NCBI GenBank assembly: GCA_021513695.1
Contig: CP084166.1
Location: 1,472,001-1,536,000 of the forward strand
DNA: 64,000 nucleotides
Reading direction: 5' to 3'
Source of the DNA: Candidatus Heimdallarchaeum aukensis
Lineage (GTDB): Archaea > Asgardarchaeota > Heimdallarchaeia > Heimdallarchaeales > Heimdallarchaeaceae
Part shown: piece after piece, positions 56,726 through 64,000 of the stretch
Layout: the number at the start of each line of letters is the position of its first letter
Position numbering within the stretch: the first letter of the stretch is position 1
Notes under the pieces: model-generated
Seen by the model: the letters and a program-made list of their open reading frames with translations, nothing else
Databases searched by the model: none
Told to the model about the DNA's origin: nothing
Position numbers and translations under genes: made by a program

Positions 56726-58116
56726 TCCTCATAATGACTACGAGATTTTATCTCTCCATTTAGGTATTTTATTCTTAATTCTTCAGCATAAGAAGTTGGA
56801 TAACTACCTGAAAGACAAGCAGTACATAAATCAGAAAAACCAATTGATCTTTTTAATGCAACAATATCTTGATAATATAATCCGTCAACATTTAGGATTT
56901 TTTCTATTTCTGTTAGAGTATTCCCTGAAGCTATTAAGTCGTTGTCAGAGGGAATATCTATTCCATAATAACATGCAAATCTCACAGCGGGACAAGTGAT
57001 TGCGAGATAGATGTTGTTAACTCCCAACCTTCTTAAATCATTAACAATTTTTTTGCTAGTTAACCCTCTAACTACTGAATCATCGATTAGTAAAATATTT
57101 TTTCCTTTTATATATTTAGGAATGTAAAGATATTTTCTTTTAGCAGCTTTGCTTCGCTCTTTTTCGCTTTTCATTATGAAAGTGCGCTGAAGATAACGGT
57201 TTTTTATTATAGCTTCTCTTACTGGAATACCTAGTTCTTCAGAAAGACCTTGTGTTGCGGGTCTGGAAGTGTCTGGAACAGGAACAATGTAATCAATTTC
57301 TAAATTGTCACTTTTTATTCTTCGTGCTAATTCTTTTCCTAGATTAATTCTTGTATCATAAACCAATGTATTTTCTATAGTTGAACATGGATTAGCAAAA
57401 TAGACATATTCAAACATACAATGAGCATGATCTGCTTGAATTAGATGGCATTTGTCAATTTTTTCATTATCAAAAATTATTAATTCTCCAGGTCTAACAT
57501 CTTCAAAAGAAGTAATATCGATGTTTTGTAAAACAACGCTTTCAGATGAAACAATAGTAAGATTTTCAGATTTTCCAATAACTAAAGGTCTTATTCCCCT
57601 AGGATCCCTAAAAGTAAACATTGTTGTATCAAGGATTGCCACAATAGAATAGCTTCCATCTATTTTTTCCATAAATTCTTTTACAGCATTTTTTATACTC
57701 CCTTCGTAATAATCAATTAAAGAACCAAGGAATTCTGTTAAAAAAAGAGCGTCAGATTCATATTTTTTGTTTGTTAAAGTACTTAAATTAGTTATATTTC
57801 CGTTATGGACAACAAATAGGTTACCATACTTCGTTTTAACTTTAAATGGCTGAGCATAAAGTTCAACATTTGAGCTATCAGTTCTTGCTCCAAAAGTAGG
57901 ATAACGTGTTGAACCGATTAGTTTAGTTACTTCACTTTTTTCGTTGAGTTCAAGTAAATCAGGGTATCCATCAACTTTTTTTAAATTCACCTTTTTTTCA
58001 TTCTTATTTATCCAAGCTATTCCACTTGCATCTTGTCCTCTATGCGTTAGCATTTGTAGCAATATTTTTCCTTGTTCCAAAGTTGTTAACCCTGATATGC
58101 CTAATACTCCACACAT
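56722..58116 (-). CDS. purF: Amidophosphoribosyltransferase
   Basis: N-terminal nucleophile 'MCGVLGISG', the glutamine-amidotransferase class-II fold, the PRTase motif 'ILLIDDSVVRGLTS', and a C-terminal Cys cluster for the 4Fe-4S centre. Confidence 0.9.
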   Translation of the reverse strand: MCGVLGISGLTTLEQGKILLQMLTHRGQDASGIAWINKNEKKVNLKKVDGYPDLLELNEKSEVTKLIGSTRYPTFGARTDSSNVELYAQPFKVKTKYGNLFVVHNGNITNLSTLTNKKYESDALFLTEFLGSLIDYYEGSIKNAVKEFMEKIDGSYSIVAILDTTMFTFRDPRGIRPLVIGKSENLTIVSSESVVLQNIDITSFEDVRPGELIIFDNEKIDKCHLIQADHAHCMFEYVYFANPCSTIENTLVYDTRINLGKELARRIKSDNLEIDYIVPVPDTSRPATQGLSEELGIPVREAIIKNRYLQRTFIMKSEKERSKAAKRKYLYIPKYIKGKNILLIDDSVVRGLTSKKIVNDLRRLGVNNIYLAITCPAVRFACYYGIDIPSDNDLIASGNTLTEIEKILNVDGLYYQDIVALKRSIGFSDLCTACLSGSYPTSYAEELRIKYLNGEIKSRSHYEE

Positions 58117-58117
58117 T

Positions 58118-58723
58118 TTAATTCACAATCCTTACCTTTCTCCCTTCAACAATTAGTTTCCCCTCAGAAAACAATCTTATTGCTTTTGGCAAGAGAATAT
58201 GTTCTTTTTCTAGTATTTTTTTGGCTAGAGTTTCTTCTGTATCACTATCATCTACTAGCACTACCTCTTGTAAAATAATTGGGCCATGATCTACTTTTTC
58301 ATCCACAAAATGCACTGTGCACCCAGTTATTTTTGCTCCATAGTCTAAAGCTTGCTTTTGAGCATTTATTCCTGGAAATGAAGGTAATAAAGAAGGATGA
58401 ATGTTAATTATTTTGTTGCTAAATTTGTTAACAAAAAAGGGAGAGAGAATTCTCATAAAACCTGCTAAGACTACTAAATCAATGTTATTTTTTTCTAGGG
58501 TCTCAGCTAGTTGTTTGTCATATGTTTCACGATTTTGATTTCTATGGGGAGGTAGAACAATAGTTTTTTTCCCATATCTCTTTGCTATTTCTAAACCTTT
58601 AGCATCTGGGATGTTAGAGACAACTAAGGAAACAACTGCATTACCCAGTTCTTTTTGTTTTTCCTTTTCAAGAATTGCTTCAAGGTTACTTCCTCTTCCA
58701 GAAATTAGCACAGCAACATTCAT
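58118..58723 (-). CDS. purN: Phosphoribosylglycinamide formyltransferase
   Basis: 'VAVLISGRGSNLEAIL', 'DLVVLAGFMRIL', 'NIHPSLLPSFPG', 'GCTVHFVDEKVDHGPII' are the canonical PurN motifs. Confidence 0.85.
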   Translation of the reverse strand: MNVAVLISGRGSNLEAILEKEKQKELGNAVVSLVVSNIPDAKGLEIAKRYGKKTIVLPPHRNQNRETYDKQLAETLEKNNIDLVVLAGFMRILSPFFVNKFSNKIINIHPSLLPSFPGINAQKQALDYGAKITGCTVHFVDEKVDHGPIILQEVVLVDDSDTEETLAKKILEKEHILLPKAIRLFSEGKLIVEGRKVRIVN

Positions 58724-58732
58724 CTTTAATTT

Positions 58733-61063
58733 TCACCGTTTTAAAAATACATTATAGTGATCTATGATTACATTCGGTTCTTCAATAACTTCACCTAGAA
58801 TGTGAGTCTCGAAGTATTTATTTAATAAATAGAGCACTTTCTCTTCGTTCTCTTTTGGTACTATAACAATAAAACCTATCCCCATGTTAAATGTTGAAAA
58901 CATCTCGTTGTAGGAGATTTTTCCAATTCTTTTTATCTCTTCAAAAATGGCTGGGGGGTTCGGAAAATGCTTGAGGTTAAAGCCATAATTAGATAATCTG
59001 AAAAGTTTCCTAAATCCTCCTCCAGTAATATGTGCTAAACCATGAACTTCATAGCTATCCAATAAAGCTTCAATAGATTCAGTATATATTCTTGTGGGTT
59101 TAAGTAACTCATCTTTTAGTTTTACACCTCCAGGGATAACAGAATCGAGAGTATATTTGCTGAAAAGGACTTTGCGTGCAAGAGTAAACCCATTAGAATG
59201 TATTCCGCTACTTGAAATACCTAATATACTATCTCCAACTTTAATTTTAGATCCATCTATGATTTTATTTAAGTGAATTATTCCTAATGCTGTTCCTGCG
59301 ATGTCAAATGAATTTTCTGATTCTTTCAACATTTCGGGGATTGTAGCTAGTTCTCCTCCTAACAGAGGAATCTTTGAAATCTCACACCCTTTATATATTC
59401 CTTTAATTATCTCTTCTATTCGTTCTTTTGAAAGCTTTGCAACTGCAAGGTAATCTACAAAAGCTTTTGGCAAGATACCCATAGCAAGCAGGTCATTTAC
59501 ATTCATAGCCACACAATCGATTCCTATAGTATCATATTTTCCTGCTTGTTCTGCAACTATTATCTTTGTTCCTACACCATCGGTTGATAAAGCAATACCA
59601 TGATCTCCAAATTTTATTAAGTTTGCATAGTGTCCTTCTTTCCCTATAACATTCCCAAAAGAAAATGATTTTTGTACATAATCATTTATCATTTTCAAGA
59701 CTTCTGATTCTACATCTAAATCTAATCCTGATTCTGCATAAGAAGATGGAGGAGAAAATTCTTTTTTCTCTTTATTCAGTGATGCAATAAATTTTTCTAC
59801 AATTTCAGGAGCTAACCCGATATAGTTAACTGGATCAAGAATAAAGTCAATTTTTTCATCATCAAGGTATTTCTTTACTATTTCATTCTCTTTAACAATC
59901 TCTTTGAAATTAGGGAAGTTAGACAATTGTTTTAGTAATTCATGTGCTTTCTGTCTTCCTATATGTGGAGTTAAATGAAGCATCAAGTTTTCTGAACATT
60001 GTGCTCCTTCTTTCAGGTATAAGTTGTGCTTGATTTTCTCTTCATTTAAGTAAAGACTGTCCAATATTTTATTCATCTCTAGTATTAAGAAATGTGTTAA
60101 CATAGAATTTTCAAAGAGTAATATTCTTTCAGAACTTGAGTTGGTAAGATCTCTTTCATGCTCTAAACAAATATTCTCCATTGCAACATTAATACTTGCC
60201 CTAATATTTCGTGCTAAACCTGAAATTCTTTCACTTTTTTCAGGATTTCTTTTTTGTGGCATAGTAGAGGAGCCTACTTGACTTTTAACAAATGACTCTC
60301 GTACTTCATCAATTTCAGTTCTTTGTAAATTTCTTATTTCTCTAGCGAAGTGGTCTAAAACTGTTGCAATCAAACCTAAAGCTTGTATGTATTTGGCATA
60401 AATTACTCTTGAGACAACCTGTGTTGTTACTGGTTGTTTTTCAAGCCCAAGTTTGTTTAACACGATTTCTTCAATTTTTTCTGTCCCATATGACGCATAA
60501 GTTCCTACTGCCCCAGACATTTTTCCATAGGCAACTTTTGCATTTTCTAGAGTTTTTTTTGCCATTAATAGTTCATTAAGAAAATTAGCGAATTTCAGCC
60601 CATAAGTAGTAGGAACAGCATGTTGTCCATGAGTACGTCCTATACAGACAAGATTCTTATATTTCATGGACAATTGTTTTAATTTCTTAATTGTAATTTC
60701 TAAATCGTCTAAAATTCTTTTTTTTGCTTCTTTTAACTGTAATCCCCTAACAGTATCTTGAATATCATAAGATGTTGCTCCTAAATGAATGTACCCACCA
60801 TATTCTCCACATTGTTCAGAAATTGCGAGTACAACACTCATTAAATCATGATGAACTTCTTTTTCAATTTCCTTCACACGTTCTAATTTCACATATTTTG
60901 GGGTACATCTTTCTTCAATTATTGAAATTGCTTCTTCTGGTATTTTACCTACTTCATAATTTGCTTGAGCTAGTGTTTTTTCTACTAACAACTGGAATTC
61001 TAGTTTCTTTTCTTCAGAAAACAGCTCTATTATTGAAGTCTTATAACGCTCAATCTCAAGCAC
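58733..61063 (-). CDS. purB/purM: Bifunctional fusion: adenylosuccinate lyase (PurB, N-terminal ~450 aa) plus phosphoribosylaminoimidazole (AIR) synthetase (PurM, C-terminal ~325 aa)
   Basis: N-terminal half: '[12 protein letters not shown]' and the fumarate-lyase signature '[15 protein letters not shown]', full-length ASL. C-terminal half: '[16 protein letters not shown]', '[16 protein letters not shown]', 'GGELATIPE', 'ITGGG', full-length PurM. A single uninterrupted 776-aa ORF. Confidence 0.85.
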   Translation of the reverse strand: MLEIERYKTSIIELFSEEKKLEFQLLVEKTLAQANYEVGKIPEEAISIIEERCTPKYVKLERVKEIEKEVHHDLMSVVLAISEQCGEYGGYIHLGATSYDIQDTVRGLQLKEAKKRILDDLEITIKKLKQLSMKYKNLVCIGRTHGQHAVPTTYGLKFANFLNELLMAKKTLENAKVAYGKMSGAVGTYASYGTEKIEEIVLNKLGLEKQPVTTQVVSRVIYAKYIQALGLIATVLDHFAREIRNLQRTEIDEVRESFVKSQVGSSTMPQKRNPEKSERISGLARNIRASINVAMENICLEHERDLTNSSSERILLFENSMLTHFLILEMNKILDSLYLNEEKIKHNLYLKEGAQCSENLMLHLTPHIGRQKAHELLKQLSNFPNFKEIVKENEIVKKYLDDEKIDFILDPVNYIGLAPEIVEKFIASLNKEKKEFSPPSSYAESGLDLDVESEVLKMINDYVQKSFSFGNVIGKEGHYANLIKFGDHGIALSTDGVGTKIIVAEQAGKYDTIGIDCVAMNVNDLLAMGILPKAFVDYLAVAKLSKERIEEIIKGIYKGCEISKIPLLGGELATIPEMLKESENSFDIAGTALGIIHLNKIIDGSKIKVGDSILGISSSGIHSNGFTLARKVLFSKYTLDSVIPGGVKLKDELLKPTRIYTESIEALLDSYEVHGLAHITGGGFRKLFRLSNYGFNLKHFPNPPAIFEEIKRIGKISYNEMFSTFNMGIGFIVIVPKENEEKVLYLLNKYFETHILGEVIEEPNVIIDHYNVFLKR

Positions 61064-61445
61064 TTTTCTTCACCCCGAGTATCCTCATTGCCAAATAAGC
61101 TGCATTAGTACCATTATCTATTCCAACTGTAGCTACAGGAACACCTTTAGGCATTTGGACTATAGACAATAAAGCATCTAAACCATTTAAAGCTGCAGAA
61201 ACGGGTACACCAATAACTGGTTTATCAGTAATGGAAGCAACAACACCAGGTAAAGCAGCTGCTAAACCAGCGATACAAATGAATATTTCAGCACTAGATT
61301 CAATTACTGCTTGTACAAGTTTTTCATGGTCTCTATGTGCTGATAAATAAAGAACTTTATACTCTACATTATTAGCATCCAAAACAGTTGTTACTTTTTC
61401 AACAATTTTACTATCGCTTTTACTTCCTGCAATTACATCAATCAT
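61056..61445 (-). CDS. purE: N5-carboxyaminoimidazole ribonucleotide mutase / PurE (short form)
   Basis: 'VIAGSKSD', '[10 protein letters not shown]', '[24 protein letters not shown]', '[18 protein letters not shown]'. 129 aa. Confidence 0.8.
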   Translation of the reverse strand: MIDVIAGSKSDSKIVEKVTTVLDANNVEYKVLYLSAHRDHEKLVQAVIESSAEIFICIAGLAAALPGVVASITDKPVIGVPVSAALNGLDALLSIVQMPKGVPVATVGIDNGTNAAYLAMRILGVKKSA

Positions 61446-61460
61446 TTTTTTCTACTCCTT

Positions 61461-63644
61461 CTATTCCATATATTTTACAATTGCATTTTTCCAATTTGAA
61501 TGTAATTGTTCTATATCAATTGATACAAGATTTTCTATTTCTAAAACAGGTTCTTTAGTAGTATGTCCTACTACTCCATAATCCACTCCAATTGTTTCTA
61601 ACAAATTTACCACTTGCTTAAGTTTTTCATTTGAGACTTCTATGATGAATCTTGATGATGTTTCAGAGAATAGCTTATGTCTAGTTTCCACTCCTTCATC
61701 AGAAGGAATATTTTCAAGGTTAATTTTTGCGCCTATTTTATTTTTGAACATCATTTCTCCAAGAGCGACTATAAATCCACCATTTGAAATATCATGACAA
61801 CTTTCAATTAGTTTCTGTTTATTTAACTGTGTTATTGCTTCAATTGACTTTTTCTCTCTCTTCTCATCATAAGTAGGTACGTCACTCATAATACAATTGA
61901 AACAATATCGTAAATATTCTGAACCACCAAGTTCTTTTCCTGTCTTTCCAATTTGAATAATTTTTGATTCTTGGTTGACAAAATTATTAGCTAATAGATC
62001 GTCTGGAGAATCGAATACTCCAATTATTCCTATAGTTGGTGTTGGATTGATTCTTTCTCTTTTCCCTTCCTTATTCACAGTTTCATTGTAAAGAGACACA
62101 TTTCCTCCTATAACTGGAAGCTTAAAATCATTTGAAAATCTACCTAAACCTTTTATTGATTCTACAAATTGCCAATACGAGTCAGGTTTTTCAGGATTAC
62201 CAAAATTCAAACAATCAACAACTGCATAAGGTTTGGCTCCTACAGCAACAATATTTCTCTGAGCTTCAGCTGCAACATTAGCTGTTCCGGTATATGGAGA
62301 ACAATAAACAGCAAATGAATTACTGTCTAAAGTTAAAGCGATATATTTTCCATTGTCTAATCTTAAAACCGCTGCATCGGCTCCAGCTTGGATTACTGTT
62401 TGAGTTTGAACATGTTGATCATATTGTTCATAAATCCATTCTTTACTACCAACATTTGGAGATTCAAATATTTTTAGTATTTCATCTTTAATATTTCCTT
62501 GATTTGGGATAGTATATTCCTTTTTAGATCGAATATAATCGGGTATAGAGAATTCTCTTTCTGGTTCAGGAAATCCGTTTATTATTAGATCTACTGGCAG
62601 ATCAATTATCTTCTCTCCATTGTAAAAAGCAATATAGTGGCTATTATTTGTTACTTCACCAATTATACTATATGTTAAAAGATCATACTTTTTGAGTACT
62701 TCTTCAACAGCAGCTATATTTTTAGGAGACACTACAGCTAACATTCTTTCTTGTGATTCAGAAATTAAAATTTCCCAAGGTTTCATATCATATTCTCTTA
62801 AAGGAACATCTTCAAGCCTTATTAGAGCTCCTGTATTCCCCTTTTCAGTCATTTCAGAGATTGCACAACTTAATCCTCCACCCCCTAAATCCTGGAGACC
62901 AGAAAGAAGACCTTTTTCTACTAATTCAAGTGTAGCATCAATTAGGGCTTTTTCCATTAGGGGGTCTCCTATTTGTACAGCTGGTCTATCACTCTCACTT
63001 TTATCATCTAAATCCTTAGATGCAAATGAGACTCCATGTATTCCATCTCTCCCGGTTCTGGCGCCATATAGAAGGAAAAAGTGTCCCGGGGTTGATGCTA
63101 TACTGCGAACTACTTTATCTTTTTTTACTACTCCAATACACATTGCATTAACAAGACAATTATTTTCAAAAACTGGATCAAATTCAGCTTCTCCCCCAAC
63201 AGTCGGAATACCTACGCAATTTCCATAAGATGAAATTCCTCTAACAACATTCTCAAATAAGTTCTTCGAATGATCGGATGTTAGATTTCCAAAACGTATT
63301 GAATCCAGTAAAGCAATAGGTTTACAACCTTGAGAAATAATATCTCTTATAATTCCTCCTACTCCTGTTGCTGCACCTTGAAAAGGTTCAATTGCACTAG
63401 GATGATTGTGACTTTCTAACCCTAATCCTATCAGCAAATCGTCTCCAATATCTATTAAACCTGCGCCTTCACCTATTCCTAAAGCTAGATAGGGGGCAGT
63501 GGTTTTAAATAAAGAAAACCAACGTTTTGAACTTTTATATGATATATGCTCACTCCACATTGCACCTATTACATTAAGTTCCGCAAAGTTTGGTTCTCTT
63601 CCTAACTCTTGAATCAACTTTGAATATTCTTCATTTGATATCAT
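61461..63644 (-). CDS. purL: Phosphoribosylformylglycinamidine synthase II (FGAM synthetase large subunit)
   Basis: 727 aa with duplicated PurM-like ATP-binding domains ('SHNHPSAIEPFQGAATGVGG', 'DLGGGGL'). Overlaps the purQ stop by 4 nt. Confidence 0.9.
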   Translation of the reverse strand: MISNEEYSKLIQELGREPNFAELNVIGAMWSEHISYKSSKRWFSLFKTTAPYLALGIGEGAGLIDIGDDLLIGLGLESHNHPSAIEPFQGAATGVGGIIRDIISQGCKPIALLDSIRFGNLTSDHSKNLFENVVRGISSYGNCVGIPTVGGEAEFDPVFENNCLVNAMCIGVVKKDKVVRSIASTPGHFFLLYGARTGRDGIHGVSFASKDLDDKSESDRPAVQIGDPLMEKALIDATLELVEKGLLSGLQDLGGGGLSCAISEMTEKGNTGALIRLEDVPLREYDMKPWEILISESQERMLAVVSPKNIAAVEEVLKKYDLLTYSIIGEVTNNSHYIAFYNGEKIIDLPVDLIINGFPEPEREFSIPDYIRSKKEYTIPNQGNIKDEILKIFESPNVGSKEWIYEQYDQHVQTQTVIQAGADAAVLRLDNGKYIALTLDSNSFAVYCSPYTGTANVAAEAQRNIVAVGAKPYAVVDCLNFGNPEKPDSYWQFVESIKGLGRFSNDFKLPVIGGNVSLYNETVNKEGKRERINPTPTIGIIGVFDSPDDLLANNFVNQESKIIQIGKTGKELGGSEYLRYCFNCIMSDVPTYDEKREKKSIEAITQLNKQKLIESCHDISNGGFIVALGEMMFKNKIGAKINLENIPSDEGVETRHKLFSETSSRFIIEVSNEKLKQVVNLLETIGVDYGVVGHTTKEPVLEIENLVSIDIEQLHSNWKNAIVKYME

Positions 63645-64000
63645 TTTAATTCCTCAATCAAGTTCTGAAAAATAGTTCTACCATCCTCTGAACCTAAATA
63701 ATTAAAACTTGCACGCTCAGGGTGGGGCATCAAACCTAAGACATTTCCTTCTTTATTCGTTATTCCTGCAATATTATCTACAGAACCGTTAGGGTTACTG
63801 TCTTCAGAAATAACACCTTTTTCATCACAATACTGTAAAGCGATTTGATTTTTTTTCTTAAGTTCTATAATTTGTGAATTTGTAGCATAATAATTACCAT
63901 CAAAGTGAGCAATGGGGATTCTCCATATTTTGTTTTCTGAATTCCTCAGTAAAACACTGTTGCTTTTATTAATTTTTACATACACCCATCTAGAAACAAA
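63641..64000 (-). CDS. purQ: Phosphoribosylformylglycinamidine synthase I (glutaminase subunit), 3' part only; N-terminus beyond the window end
   Basis: The C-terminal region 'PIAHFDGNYY...NPNGSVDNIAGITNKEGNVLGLMPHPER' is the PurQ class-I glutamine amidotransferase C-terminus. The frame stays open to position 64000. Confidence 0.75.
   Translation of the reverse strand, partial: FVSRWVYVKINKSNSVLLRNSENKIWRIPIAHFDGNYYATNSQIIELKKKNQIALQYCDEKGVISEDSNPNGSVDNIAGITNKEGNVLGLMPHPERASFNYLGSEDGRTIFQNLIEELK

Noticed and set aside
62692-63228. 178-aa plus-strand ORF
   Set aside because: Antisense to purL; Ser/Pro-rich and without motifs.
1-64000. CRISPR arrays and rRNA genes
   Set aside because: No regularly spaced direct repeats of 24-40 bp with unique spacers were seen. 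No stretches with rRNA-like composition or conserved rRNA motifs.

Overview
This window is a 64 kb stretch of AT-rich archaeal chromosome. Evidence for an archaeal origin: a tRNA-Tyr with C1:G72, an anticodon-loop intron and an encoded CCA; archaeal-type GluRS; class V FBP aldolase/phosphatase; tungsten AOR; and ADP-forming acetyl-CoA synthetase alpha/beta. Gene content and composition are compatible with an Asgard/Loki-like or other AT-rich archaeon, but lineage cannot be proven from sequence alone.

Most of the window is densely packed protein-coding DNA. Clear blocks are:
- A gluconeogenic cluster at 0.7-4.1 kb: class V FBP aldolase/phosphatase, a class I FBPase, and a class II aldolase.
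- L-asparaginase/isoaspartyl peptidase, Xth, acyl-CoA dehydrogenase, a tandem YciI-like protein, and an archaeal GluRS carrying an N-terminal GatB/YqeY-like appended domain.
- A two-gene cassette (small membrane protein plus a large PQQ-propeller/TSP3-repeat/TM/Zn-ribbon protein) bracketed by two copies of a ~34 bp promoter-like motif.
- Tungsten AOR, an overlapping poly-ferredoxin, and a convergent MoaD/SAMP-like ubiquitin-fold protein ending in GG.
- A ~1.5 kb gene-poor island holding an intron-containing tRNA-Tyr and a non-AT-rich candidate small-ORF/ncRNA segment.
- A BioY gene followed by a 766 bp IS6-family insertion sequence. It has perfect 17 bp inverted repeats, a 9 bp target duplication and a doubly frameshifted transposase, and sits about 60 bp upstream of a PAS sensor histidine kinase.
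- A tight seven-gene co-directional operon at 34.3-44.9 kb: MoxR AAA+ ATPase, DUF58 (vWA-like), and five large uncharacterised membrane or secreted proteins. It starts divergently from a dual-wHTH regulator. This is the most likely candidate for an undescribed envelope-associated system in the window.
- DegV, ACD beta and alpha, an AlaX-type editing protein, an MBL hydrolase, and a large TPR protein.
- A compact, overlapping de novo purine operon purQ-purL-purE-(purB::purM fusion)-purN-purF-purD, with a YjjX-type ITPase adjacent.

No rRNA genes and no CRISPR array were found.
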